From Candidatus Gottesmanbacteria bacterium (GTDB lineage Bacteria > Patescibacteriota > Microgenomatia > UBA10105 > UBA927), in contig CAWBPL010000002.1 in the NCBI GenBank assembly GCA_963790805.1, positions 825,814-889,813 of the forward strand: DNA of 64,000 nucleotides, written 5' to 3'. Positions 1 to 10,097 of the stretch are shown here, piece by piece. The number at the start of each line of letters is the position of its first letter. The stretch's first letter is position 1. The notes below the pieces were generated by a model. It was not told the DNA's origin. It searched no databases and saw only the letters and a list, made by a program, of their open reading frames with translations. Position numbers and translations under genes: made by a program.

Positions 1-1789
1 TACCACAACCGCAGGGAGCGGACATCCCACTTCTTCTCTTTCCGCAGTGGAACTGATGACGGTATTGTTTTTTAAGTACCTTCGGTATGATCTCTCTGAT
101 CCGAAAAATCCGGGGAACGACCGCGTGATTTTCAGCAAAGGTCATGCCTCGCCCTTATATTATTCTCTTTATGCGGCGGCGGGAGCTATCACTGAAGCGG
201 ATCTTTTAAAATACCGCACATTTAACAGCGTCCTTGAAGGCCACCCGACTGAACGGTTCCGCTATACGGAGGCGGCCACGGGAAGTTTGGGGCAGGGGCT
301 AAGTATCGGCCTTGGCGAAGCACTGGCACTCAACATTCGTGAAGGAAAAACAAACCTTCCCCGTGTATTCGTTCTTGCCGGCGACGGTGAAGTGGCAGAG
401 GGCTCAGTGTGGGAAGCGGCAGCGGCCGCAAGTATTCGTAAGGTTTCAAACCTCGTTCTTATTGTCGATATTAATGGGTTGGGCCAGTCGGATCCCACGA
501 TGTACGGACGCGATATGGATGTGTATAAAAAGCGGTTTGAATCATTCGGCTGGCGGGCCGTCGTTGTTGAAAGCGGGAATGATCTGACAGCCGTTGATGC
601 GGGATTTGAAAGCGCACTGACCGCAGCCGGACCCGTAGTAATACTTGCAAAAACCATTAAGGGCAAAGGCGTATCGTTTCTTGAAAATGCACTCGGCTGG
701 CATGGTAAGCCGCTATCCAAAGATGAGTTACCCAAAGCATTACTCGAACTTGGGGAAGTTGATAAGACGATGAAAGGAACAGTGCAAAAACCACCGAGCG
801 AAAAAGTCTCAGTGATTCTTGATAAAACCGAAGCTCCTCCCCCGAGTTATGATCCGTCCAAACCTGTGGCTACCCGAAAAGCATTCGGCAATGCGCTCAA
901 ACGCTTGGGGGCATATGATCCGCGTCTCACTGTTATCGACGGAGATGTTAAAAATTCAACGTATACGGAGTTTTTCGGTAAGGAATTTCCCCAACGGTTT
1001 TTTGAATTGTTTATCGCCGAGCAGAATATGGTAGGAGTGGCGGTTGGGTTATCCGCCCGCGGATTTCACCCGGTCGTCTCGTCATTTGCCTGCTTTTTGT
1101 CGCGCGCCGCTGATCAACTGCGCATGGCGGCATTTAGTGGCGCGAACGTCATTGTTAACGGTTCCCATGCCGGCGTCTCCATCGGAGAGGATGGGCCGTC
1201 GCAAATGGGACTTGAAGATCTGGCACTTTTTCGCGCCGTCCACGGCTCGACAGTGTTATACCCTTCCGACGCCGTTTCGACGGAACGGCTGGTTGAAGAT
1301 GCACTTTCCAAAAACGGAATCTGTTACATCCGCACGACTCGTCCTGAAACAGCGATTCTTTACAGCGTGAAAGAAAAATTTCCGGTCGGCGGCAGCAAAA
1401 CGCATCATTCCAAAAACAAAGAAAAGGTTACGGTGGTTGCCGCTGGAATTACCCTCTATGAAGCCCTTAAAGTCCAGAAACAGCTGGACGAAGAAGGCGT
1501 CGGCGTTCGCGTGATTGACGCATATTCGGTTAAACCCATTGACAGAAAGACTCTGGAACTAGCTGCGAAAGAAACAAAAGCCATCCTCGTCGTTGAAGAT
1601 CATTATCCCGAAGGGGGACTGGGTGAAGCGGTTTCTTCTGCCCTTATTGGAAGATATAAAATTCCGTTTATCCATCTTGCTGTGACTAAAACTCCAAGGT
1701 CCGGCAAATCCGCCGAACTATTGGCGTACGAAGGAATTGATGCGGAAAATATTAAAAAAACAGTCCGTGTATTGTTACGAAAGGAGTAA
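1..1789 (+). CDS. tkt: Transketolase, 5'-truncated by the window edge. The TPP-binding N-domain, the pyrimidine-binding middle domain and the C-domain are all recognisable.
   Basis: The frame is open from base 2. The translation upstream of the listed Met reads GSGHPTSSLSAVEL, which matches the transketolase N-terminal GHxGxxLSxxE motif. Later motifs include LAGDGEVAEG and GEDGPSQMG. Confidence 0.9.
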   Translation, partial: TTTAGSGHPTSSLSAVELMTVLFFKYLRYDLSDPKNPGNDRVIFSKGHASPLYYSLYAAAGAITEADLLKYRTFNSVLEGHPTERFRYTEAATGSLGQGLSIGLGEALALNIREGKTNLPRVFVLAGDGEVAEGSVWEAAAAASIRKVSNLVLIVDINGLGQSDPTMYGRDMDVYKKRFESFGWRAVVVESGNDLTAVDAGFESALTAAGPVVILAKTIKGKGVSFLENALGWHGKPLSKDELPKALLELGEVDKTMKGTVQKPPSEKVSVILDKTEAPPPSYDPSKPVATRKAFGNALKRLGAYDPRLTVIDGDVKNSTYTEFFGKEFPQRFFELFIAEQNMVGVAVGLSARGFHPVVSSFACFLSRAADQLRMAAFSGANVIVNGSHAGVSIGEDGPSQMGLEDLALFRAVHGSTVLYPSDAVSTERLVEDALSKNGICYIRTTRPETAILYSVKEKFPVGGSKTHHSKNKEKVTVVAAGITLYEALKVQKQLDEEGVGVRVIDAYSVKPIDRKTLELAAKETKAILVVEDHYPEGGLGEAVSSALIGRYKIPFIHLAVTKTPRSGKSAELLAYEGIDAENIKKTVRVLLRKE

Positions 1790-1791
1790 CT

Positions 1792-2667
1792 ATGAAGTTG
1801 CCATCCAATATTTACATTGACGGCGGAGATCCAGCTGAAACCAAAATGGCCGATACCATGCTCAAAAAAGCAGGGTATCACGGACTTGACGGGCAGACGA
1901 CCAATCCGACGCTCATTGCAAAAAACTTTGCCGCCAAAAACGGCGGGAAAAAAGTATCAATGAAAGATGCGTTCGGTGAGTATAAACGGGTGGTTACCGA
2001 GATGAGCAAGATTATTCCGAAAGGGAAAATTTCCATACAGGTGATCGGCGATCCTGCAAACCTTACGGCTGATGAGATGCTTTCACAGGCCAGAGACCGC
2101 GTCCGGTGGATCCCCAACGGCGTTGTTAAATTTCCCTGTACGACTCAAGGGTTGACGGCTGTGGAAACATTTTGCGAAGAAGGACCGGTCAATATTACGC
2201 TGAATTTTTCACAGGATCAGGCGGCAGCAGTATATATCGCGACAAAATCGCATAATTATGACGTGTTTATTTCGCCGTTTGTCGGCAGGCTTGATGATAA
2301 AGGGGAAAACGGCATGGACGTCGTTGCCAATGAGCTTGAAATGTATAAAGCGTTTGGAGACGGGCATGTAAATGTGCTTACTGCAAGCGTACGTAATATC
2401 AAACACTTATCGTATGCATTATGGCTGAAAAGTCCCGTCATTACGATCCCTTTTAAAGTCTTTAAAGAGTGGGCCCTTCCTTCGTCAGGGCAAGCGGGAT
2501 TTATTGTTCCAACTGGCGATTTTGTGTATGACGTGCCGGGATTAGCGGAGATTCCGTATAAAGAGTTGACGCTTGACGGCAACTGGAAAGATTTTGATTT
2601 GAACCATGATTTGACCGCTTCCGGAGTGGCGAAATTCTGGGAAGATTGGCAAAGTATTGTTGCGTAG
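1792..2667 (+). CDS. tal: Transaldolase / fructose-6-phosphate aldolase family protein.
   Basis: IYIDGGDP and LDGQTTNPTLIAK are transaldolase-like motifs. The gene sits immediately downstream of tkt. Confidence 0.75.
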   Translation: MKLPSNIYIDGGDPAETKMADTMLKKAGYHGLDGQTTNPTLIAKNFAAKNGGKKVSMKDAFGEYKRVVTEMSKIIPKGKISIQVIGDPANLTADEMLSQARDRVRWIPNGVVKFPCTTQGLTAVETFCEEGPVNITLNFSQDQAAAVYIATKSHNYDVFISPFVGRLDDKGENGMDVVANELEMYKAFGDGHVNVLTASVRNIKHLSYALWLKSPVITIPFKVFKEWALPSSGQAGFIVPTGDFVYDVPGLAEIPYKELTLDGNWKDFDLNHDLTASGVAKFWEDWQSIVA

Positions 2668-2954
2668 GTGCTTTGGTCGGTGTACGTTTTGTGCCCTTCG
2701 AAGCTCAGGATAAACGCATCGGTCAAGAAGGCTTGAGACTTTTTTGAAACTCAAGAGGACACGCGTAGCGAGTGACAAAATTATTGCAGATCGCTTCCCG
2801 AGCTTAGCACTATCCTGATATATCAAGAAGTTGACTATTGCGAGCAGCGGATCAAAATAATTTTGTTACGAGCTAAAGCGCGCTTAGTGAGACCCTGCGC
2901 ATGACGGTACTGACAAAACGTACACCTCCTCGCGCTCTATGATAGGATGAGCTC

Positions 2955-4414
2955 ATGCGACGCCAAATTTGGATTCTATTTTTAATTTTCGTTTCTCTTC
3001 GCCTCGTTTTTGCCTTCCATCTTCCGATTTTTAACGATGAAGCCATTTACATGCGCTGGGGCATGGGGTTTTTACAAAATCCAAGCCACTGGTGGGCGTG
3101 GACCTTAGACGGAAAACAGCCGGCGGTTGCCGTATCGTTCGGGCTTGCGCAATTATTGCCGTTGGATCCTCTTGTGGCCATGCGGCTTGTCAGCATCGCG
3201 TGGTCTGCGGTCACATTCTGGACGGTCTATTTTTTATTGCAGTATGTATCAGGCAGTTTAAAAATAAAGTCAAACAATCTGGTTGTCTATGGTTTATTGT
3301 TTCTCGCTGTCTGTCCCTATCTCATTTTTTATGACGCGCTGGCGCTTGCCGAAAGCCCCGTAACGGCGTGTTTTGCACTCGCACTCCTTCTTACTCTTTT
3401 TTCGTGCGCAGGCCCTCGATTCTCATTTCTTTGGCTTTAGGATTCGCGGTGGCTTTAGGCTGGTGGTATAAGTCGACAATGCTTCTTGCCGTCCCGTTGA
3501 TTTTTATCACCATCGCGCTGTATTGGAAAAGTTGGCAAAAGAAATGGCGTTATGTCGGCCTTTGTATCACGTTAGGGGTGTTTTTGGGAGGTAATCTTAT
3601 GGTACCGGTACTTTTGAATCCGGACATGCCCTACGTTAAAACCATGAGCGCGATCCCGCGCATCTTAACCATACATCAGCTTTTGGCGCTTCCGATTGGG
3701 TATTGGGCAGGTAACTGGGTGGCGATTTGCGAGTGGTTTATCGGATACACGGGGATCATTCCGTTTCTGCTTTTTATCCCTGCCTGCTTCGCGTTGAGAA
3801 ACAAACGGGAAGCGCAAATACTTATAATCTGGGTACTCTTTCCCGTGCTATTTGAAGCGTTTTTGCTGCCGAGTGTCAGTGGAAGACTTCTGGTTATTTC
3901 CGTTGTGCTGCTTCTTCTCGTTTCGAGTATCTGGTTGGCGTCGCGCCGCAACGCGTTTCTTACATGGTTATCGTTTGTTGTCGTCGGGTTTACTGCCATT
4001 CTTTTATCGTTCCGGCCGCTTGCGTATTACAAAATTGTGTCTATATTGCCTGCGATGAGCTCCGATGTCGGGCAATATATGACCGGCTGGACTTCAGGGT
4101 GGGGGATAAAGGAAGCGACAAATTTTCTTGTGAGAGAAAATGCCAAGCAGCCGATCGTCGTTTTTGTACGCTTTGACAGCGGCAATCCGGAAGATGCCGT
4201 TATAGCCGCCATGATGCGGTTCAATATACCGATTTTTTACCTTTCTGAAATGAAGGATGTCGGAAAGATTCCAGAGTTTAGCTCACACCCGTGGTATTTT
4301 GTCTCACGCGGATTGCAATTTGGAAATCTTCGCGACCAGATGCGCCAAGTTATTCTTTTTCATAAACCGTTGGGTAGTGAATTTGTCGGCGTCTATAGAA
4401 TTTTGCCGCAATAA
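2955..4414 (+). CDS. GT-C fold glycosyltransferase (GT39/GT83, PMT/ArnT-like). It is split into two overlapping frames (2955..3440 and 3368..4414) by an apparent frameshift at the T6 run near 3395-3400.
   Basis: The N-terminus (FNDEAIYMRWG) is a typical PMT/ArnT first-loop acidic motif. Both ORFs are polytopic-membrane-like. Shifting frame at cttttttcg gives a continuous hydrophobic protein. Confidence 0.6.
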
Positions 4415-4447
4415 GGCACATGGTACCGGTATCTTTACTCTTCTTAC

Positions 4448-5455
4448 GTGACGCATTACCATAAGCCTATGTATACGCACGTCGTCGTCGGTGGAACGTT
4501 TGATGGACTTCACAGCGGGCACATTCATCTTCTTGATAAAGCGTTTAAGGAAGGCGTTCACATAACCATAGGCCTCACGAGTGAAGCATATATCCGCCGT
4601 TTTAAAAAAGATACGGGCGTCGCGCCTTTTAGTTTGCGGTATCAGGCGCTTACCAAGTGGCTTCGGGCGAATGGACTTGCCAATCGCACCACCATAGTGC
4701 CTCTTGATAACCGGTGGGGACCGGCGCTTTTGGGTGACTTTGACGCGATTATCGTAACGGCTGACAATAAAGCGACGGCAGAAGAAATCAACACGCTTCG
4801 GGGCGAACGGGGATTGCCGGAACTTTCTCTTGTCGAAGTATCGCTTATCGCAGCCCGCGACCGGCACCCTATTTCTTCAACGCGGGTAAGATCGGGAGAA
4901 ATTGACAAAAAGGGACGGCTTCTTATGCCCGACAGCCTGCGGCCGGAGCTTCAGAAAGCATTCGGAAGGATCATTAAAAATGAGGATATCGTCCGTGAGG
5001 TACCGCACAATCGTGACAACATCGTTATTAGTGTCGGAGATGTGACGACGCAGGCGATATTTTTAACGGGCGTTAAACCGGCACTCGTCATTATCGATTT
5101 ATATGTCGAACGGCGTCCGTATCAGTCGTTTGACGCGTTTAAATTTCCGAAACAATACGAAATCGTCCATGTCGCAAGCGGACCCGGCTATATATCCCGC
5201 GATGCCATTGAGGTTATTAAGGGATGGAGTAAAACCGTTCGCCGCCGCCGGCGGGTAGTTATGGTAGTCGACGGAGAAGAGGATTTGCTTACAATTCCCG
5301 CTATCATCCATGCACCGGTCGGGAGTTTTGTCTATTACGGCCAGCCGCCGAAAGGGGATAAAGAATTCGGGACATATAAAGAAGGACTGGTCGAAGTGAA
5401 AGTGACGAAGGAAAAAAAGAAAGAAGCCATTGAGCTGTTAAGTAAATTTATATAA
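4448..5455 (+). CDS. Archaeal-type phosphopantetheine adenylyltransferase domain (GGTFDxxHxGH nucleotidyltransferase) fused to a C-terminal DUF359-like domain, putatively a GTP-dependent dephospho-CoA kinase.
   Basis: VVGGTFDGLHSGHIHLL is the cytidylyltransferase (H/T)xGH motif. The C-terminal half (VGDVTT...VVDGEEDLLTIP) resembles archaeal DUF359; this is from memory and not verified. Confidence 0.55.
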   Translation: MTHYHKPMYTHVVVGGTFDGLHSGHIHLLDKAFKEGVHITIGLTSEAYIRRFKKDTGVAPFSLRYQALTKWLRANGLANRTTIVPLDNRWGPALLGDFDAIIVTADNKATAEEINTLRGERGLPELSLVEVSLIAARDRHPISSTRVRSGEIDKKGRLLMPDSLRPELQKAFGRIIKNEDIVREVPHNRDNIVISVGDVTTQAIFLTGVKPALVIIDLYVERRPYQSFDAFKFPKQYEIVHVASGPGYISRDAIEVIKGWSKTVRRRRRVVMVVDGEEDLLTIPAIIHAPVGSFVYYGQPPKGDKEFGTYKEGLVEVKVTKEKKKEAIELLSKFI

Positions 5456-5464
5456 ACTGGTTGT

Positions 5465-6361
5465 ATGGCAAAATACGTTCCTGATGTTAAAACGCAGCGC
5501 TGGGTTATTATTTCGCCCGCGCGCACCAAACGCCCAGACTCAGCAAGCTCATCGCAAGCTTCGCCCGCTAAATCCAGCGACAAGGCGCCCGCACTAAGAA
5601 GCGAAGTTTCGAAGTGCCCGTTTTGCGCGGGCAACGAATCAGCAACGCCTCCGGAAGTCTATCGCATCGGTGCAGGAGATAAAGATGGTCCTGGGTGGCA
5701 GGTGCGGGTCGTGCCGAACAAATACGCCATTACCGATACCCACGAAGTTTTTATCCACAGCACCAGCCATACTGATGACGTTAACAAAATGCCGCTTGCG
5801 CAGGTAACGCGGATTCTTACCGCGTACCGTGATCGCTATCGGGCGCATGACCCCGACGGTCAGGTTCTTATTTTCTGCAATCATGGTGTACATGCAGGGG
5901 CGAGTCTGGCCCATCCGCATTCGCAGCTTGTGGTTGTACCGAAGCAAATAAACCTTGATTCGCTGTCGCGGGAGCCGATTAACAATGTCGTTGAAAGCGG
6001 TACCTATTTTGTCACGTATTGTCCTGATTTTTCCCAATGGCCGTATGAAGTATGGATAACGCCCAAGACAGAAGGGGATAAATTCGGCGACATCGAAGAA
6101 AAAACGATTGCGGATTTGGCAGGGGTGCTTCAACGTGCGCTTCAAAAAATTGAACATATCTGGCTGGATTCGCCGATTCGTCCGAAAGACCGTCAAAACG
6201 AGCCGTTTATGTACAACTATTACATATCCCATGGGCAGAACTGGTTTATCCGCATTGTGCCGCGGTTTATCCATCGTGCCGGATTTGAGCTCGGGACCGG
6301 ACTTAACGTCAACATCATTGATCCCGTTTCCGCCGCCGAAGAACTGCAAAAAGTGAGATAG
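5465..6361 (+). CDS. Galactose-1-phosphate uridylyltransferase-like nucleotidyltransferase (GalT / HIT superfamily).
   Basis: It has a CPFCAGNE zinc motif and an HPHSQ histidine-triad-like motif. Confidence 0.65.
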   Translation: MAKYVPDVKTQRWVIISPARTKRPDSASSSQASPAKSSDKAPALRSEVSKCPFCAGNESATPPEVYRIGAGDKDGPGWQVRVVPNKYAITDTHEVFIHSTSHTDDVNKMPLAQVTRILTAYRDRYRAHDPDGQVLIFCNHGVHAGASLAHPHSQLVVVPKQINLDSLSREPINNVVESGTYFVTYCPDFSQWPYEVWITPKTEGDKFGDIEEKTIADLAGVLQRALQKIEHIWLDSPIRPKDRQNEPFMYNYYISHGQNWFIRIVPRFIHRAGFELGTGLNVNIIDPVSAAEELQKVR

Positions 6362-6375
6362 CATATAATTGATGT

Positions 6376-6948
6376 ATGTTAGAAGCCTTAGGAATGCTTT
6401 CCGGAGTACTTGGTTTTATTTGTTGCATCCCATATATTCGGGACATTCTTTTAAAGAAAACGAAGCCAGAACGCGCTTCTTGGTTTATTTGGACTATTCT
6501 TGGAAGTATTTCGTTTTTTTCACAGTTAGCAAAAGGAGCAACAAATTCATTATGGATGACCGGTGCGGATACTCTTGGAGTAGTAATAACTTTTATTATG
6601 GCTATTCGTTACGGTACAGGCGGTTTGAATTCGAAGGATATTAAAGCACTCCTTGTCGCCGTGTTTGGACTTATTTTATGGTATTTCACCCACGAACCCG
6701 CATTTGCATTGGCTATAGTAATCCTTGTAGATGGATCCGGAGCTATTCTCACCATTATGAAAGCATATGAAGATCCGGGCAGTGAAACCATGAGTGCGTG
6801 GTTTTTATCAGGCTTAGCAGGTTTTGTCGCGGCACTATCGGTTGGATCATTTAACTGGATACTTTTAAGTTATCCGATCTATATTGGACTGGCAAACTGG
6901 GGAGTTATTGCTGCGATGGTGGCGGGAATGAGAAAGATGCGTAAATAG
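6376..6948 (+). CDS. Hypothetical polytopic membrane protein.
   Basis: About six hydrophobic segments; no recognisable catalytic motif. Confidence 0.45.
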   Translation: MLEALGMLSGVLGFICCIPYIRDILLKKTKPERASWFIWTILGSISFFSQLAKGATNSLWMTGADTLGVVITFIMAIRYGTGGLNSKDIKALLVAVFGLILWYFTHEPAFALAIVILVDGSGAILTIMKAYEDPGSETMSAWFLSGLAGFVAALSVGSFNWILLSYPIYIGLANWGVIAAMVAGMRKMRK

Positions 6949-6986
6949 AGTTATATGGAGGAGCGGCGACCATCATGCCTGACGGA

Positions 6987-7490
6987 TTATTCCGGAGCTG
7001 GATCCGCGATCCTATCGATTACCTTGATTTGGTTTTCTAAATACTCCTTCTTCCGTTCTCTTGGTTCAAGGTTTATGAGTGTTATCGTATAATCCTGTGT
7101 AAGCAGCTCGCGGACAGCTTGAATGGCAAAATTATATCGTTCAGGCGTTAACTCCAAAGTAGAGGATTGCATTGCCATGAGCTGTTGCGAAAGTGTGACC
7201 GCCTGTTCGTCAGTAGGCCGGTGAATAGTGGTAGCACACCATTTTTTTATAGAGGGCTCATCTTTTTGATCTACAAGATAGACAATTCCAAAACGGCCAT
7301 CATTACCGAGAAACAGTATGTGTGCCAGTCCCGGTGCGGCATTCTCAGGTGTTACGGGCATGGCAATATATGTTTTTCCGACGTGAAGCGTTGTGATCTC
7401 TGCGAGTTCTTCTGTAACTGATTGAATAGGATCTTCAACTTCTAATCCCGACCCTGTTGCTGAGTCATCCGGGATTATGTATTCGCCCAT
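6987..7490 (-). CDS. Hypothetical protein downstream of the HTH gene.
   Basis: Clean 167-aa ORF co-directional with the HTH gene 84 nt upstream. No motif recognised. Confidence 0.45.
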   Translation of the reverse strand: MGEYIIPDDSATGSGLEVEDPIQSVTEELAEITTLHVGKTYIAMPVTPENAAPGLAHILFLGNDGRFGIVYLVDQKDEPSIKKWCATTIHRPTDEQAVTLSQQLMAMQSSTLELTPERYNFAIQAVRELLTQDYTITLINLEPRERKKEYLENQIKVIDRIADPAPE

Positions 7491-7574
7491 ATATGCTTTA
7501 AACCTGCCCTTTTTGCTGCAAGCCGAGGAGCTCCCTCGAATGACTCGGGACTTCCTCGCTAGCGCTCGGTCGCA

Positions 7575-7775
7575 CTAAACTTGACCTTTCTGTTGTAACC
7601 CGAGTAGCCAAAGTACTGCTTCCTTTTTGTATCTTCGGTCGCCGCGGGAATTTATGCGGATAGCCGGTAACTTTCCGCGTTTGCCCCAACGCTTAATGGT
7701 AAGCGGCGAGACACGAAGAATTTTTGCGACTTCTCTTACTGTTAACAAATCTGGCCATTCATCACCAAGTGCCAT
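7575..7775 (-). CDS. Small excisionase/MerR-like helix-turn-helix DNA-binding protein.
   Basis: LLTVREVAKILRVSPLTIKRWGKRGKLPAIRI matches the excisionase-family HTH pattern (LT..EAA..LGVS..TIYR....G.LPA..IG). Confidence 0.6.
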   Translation of the reverse strand: MALGDEWPDLLTVREVAKILRVSPLTIKRWGKRGKLPAIRINSRGDRRYKKEAVLWLLGLQQKGQV

Positions 7776-8690
7776 ATATCCTCCTTAAAAAAATAAATAA
7801 TGCGGGCAAGGGGAAAAAATAAATGATTGTAAATCATTCACAACAATACAACTGTGATCAAACCTTGTCAAGTGGTATCAAAGAGGTGCAGATAGAATGA
7901 TATAGATATATTGTAGTGTGTTATTAAAAATTGTGCGAGTCCTGCCTGCCTAGATAAAATACAAATGCGGGGCCATCTGACATTTTCGATAAAGCGCATC
8001 CGAGCTATACACGGAATGGTTTGGATTCTCGACAGCTGAACCCTCGGTCGTAAGACCGTGGATGAAGCGAAGTCGAAACCAAGGAGCAATTGTTTATCAA
8101 AAGACTATTGCGAGTTGCGATTTGAGAAAATGTTAGTCGCCCCGCTGGTAGTCCCATAATTTGATTTTTCCAAAAAACATTTTTCCTGACAAATTTTTCA
8201 TAAAAAATCGGCCACACGTAAAATAGAACATAAAATGTATTCAATATACCGGTTGATGGCATATGGGTATAACTTGTGGATATGTTTACATGATTTGCAT
8301 GAGTTTTAAGAAATCGGGGATTCGTCTATCTATATCAAACTATATTATCCCGTAGTAAACACTAATTACAGGACTATTGGCAACAAATCAAAAAGAGTGC
8401 TTGTGCGTTTTAATGTAGTGCGTCAAAGCTTCGGGAAATAGGACTTAAGGAGCTTTGGCACTTATTACCCTCCTTTGCTAAACCGATTTTTTGGTTTAGC
8501 CTTAAGGAGAGTTATCCGCCGTAGTCCCGAGTCTATCGAGGGACGAAGGTGGATCTCGTCACGGTTGTAGTTACGCCACGATTTTATCGTAAGCCCGTGT
8601 AATGACTGTAGATGACCGAAAAGAGTTACCCCACCACAATTGTGCATTGGTTGTACTTAACTGAAGTGATAAGAATTGTAAGGAGATACC

Positions 8691-8717
8691 AAAAATCCCC
8701 CTTGCGGAGGATTTTTG
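8691..8717. terminator. Bidirectional Rho-independent terminator downstream of rplL.
   Basis: aaaaatcccccttgcggaggattttt is a GC stem flanked by an A-run and a T-run. Confidence 0.6.
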
Positions 8718-8790
8718 AGTTTATATGCTTTAGAATCTTACTTTAAGTCAATCCCGATTCGTAAAACTCATCGGGATGTCGAATTCTATT

Positions 8791-9177
8791 TTATTTGAGC
8801 TCCACTTTCGCTCCAGCTGCTTCGAGTTTTTTCTTTGCCTCTTCTGCTGTCGCTTTGTTTACTGCTGTTAAGACTTCTTTTGGCGCGCTCTCAACGAGCG
8901 TTTTTGCTTCCTGAAGACCTAACGTCGGAACTAACTCTCGGACTGCTTTAATAGCGCCGATTTTGTTTGCTCCAGCGGCTGCAAGAATAACGTTAAATAC
9001 AGTCTGTTCTTCTTTGGGTTCACCAGAATCCCCAGCGGCCGGTGCGGCACCAGCAACAGCTACGGGAGCGGCGGTGACACCAAATTTTTCTTCCAATGCT
9101 TTGACGAGGTCAGCAAGCTCCAAAACAGTCATTTCACCTACTGCCGCCAATATTTCATCTTTTGTAAGTTTTGCCAT
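8791..9177 (-). CDS. rplL: 50S ribosomal protein L7/L12.
   Basis: It has the Ala-rich hinge and a C-terminal [12 protein letters not shown]...LKEAK motif. Confidence 0.95.
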   Translation of the reverse strand: MAKLTKDEILAAVGEMTVLELADLVKALEEKFGVTAAPVAVAGAAPAAGDSGEPKEEQTVFNVILAAAGANKIGAIKAVRELVPTLGLQEAKTLVESAPKEVLTAVNKATAEEAKKKLEAAGAKVELK

Positions 9178-9272
9178 ATATGTGTGTCACCTCCCTTCGA
9201 AAATTGTCATTGCGAGGAGAGAAGCGACGAAGCAATCTTGTTTGAGATCGCCACGCTTCGCTCGCGATGACG

Positions 9273-9842
9273 TTACGATGCTTTTTTCTCCTTTACGGCG
9301 TTTAACGCCCATGCCAATTTATTGAGATTCCATTGCAATGCGGAGTGGATGCCCTGAATCGGCGCATTGAGTTGTCGCGCCAATGAGCCAAGGAGCACTT
9401 CCCGCGCGGGAAGGGTTGCAAGACGCGTTACGTCTTCTTCCGAAAGCGTGACGGTACCCAAGAGTCCACCTTTGGCTTTGCCAAACCCTACTGCTTTAAA
9501 AAACTTTATGAGTTCTTTCAGGGGCGCAACCTCGTCGCCGTAGGCAAAAAGAGAAGCATTTGGTTGCTCTAAAAGGGGTTCGATTGCCTTGATAGAATCT
9601 GCCGAGGGTTTACCCTGAGCGCTTTGAGAAGCGTGAAGGGCCCGTTTCAAAAGACGATTTTTGGCAACGACGAATTCCGCGTCTGTTTTTTTGAGCTTCC
9701 GGCGGAGTTCTTCGAGCTGTTTGTGTTTGACACCCTGATACTCGGCCAAAACGATGGATTTGGCGCGTGCGACTTTATCCGTCAGCGCCGTAACGGTTTC
9801 AGCTTTTTTCGGCGTTCCTTTGGAAACATGTTTTTTGTCCAT
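9273..9842 (-). CDS. rplJ: 50S ribosomal protein L10.
   Basis: L10-like sequence immediately upstream of rplL, the conserved order. Confidence 0.85.
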   Translation of the reverse strand: MDKKHVSKGTPKKAETVTALTDKVARAKSIVLAEYQGVKHKQLEELRRKLKKTDAEFVVAKNRLLKRALHASQSAQGKPSADSIKAIEPLLEQPNASLFAYGDEVAPLKELIKFFKAVGFGKAKGGLLGTVTLSEEDVTRLATLPAREVLLGSLARQLNAPIQGIHSALQWNLNKLAWALNAVKEKKAS

Positions 9843-10097
9843 ATATAAAAATAAACCTCGCCATAAAGCGAGGGTTGATAGTTTCTTGTTAATCGTTCAT
9901 TGTTCAAAAGTAAATGCTCTGAACGATGAACTAATAACTATGAACTACTGTTTTCCCTCGGTAGGCTTCTTTCGAATTTATGATGTACCGACTTGGTACG
10001 TCACCTACGGTCTTTAGGATGAGTAAATTATAGCAAAAGAACGATTGATTAGCAAGGATACCGTTTTATGTAGGTTGCGGACAAATTGAGGTTTTTT

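Noticed and set aside
7950-8110. Possible tmRNA 5' domain (TGGATTCTCGACAG and GCGAAGTCGAAACCAAGG).
   Set aside because: I could not identify a GGGG acceptor 5' end pairing with a 3' CCA-proximal strand, a T-arm, or a tag ORF ending in a hydrophobic LAA-like tail. It is kept only as a hypothesis inside the finding on the 1-kb spacer.
8440-8640. Possible RNase P RNA (ACAGTCATTACACGGGCTTACG on the minus strand resembles the P4 3' strand ACAGAANCCGGCUUA).
   Set aside because: There is no matching 5' P4 strand (GGAAAGUCCGG-like) anywhere nearby, and there is too little room before rplL.
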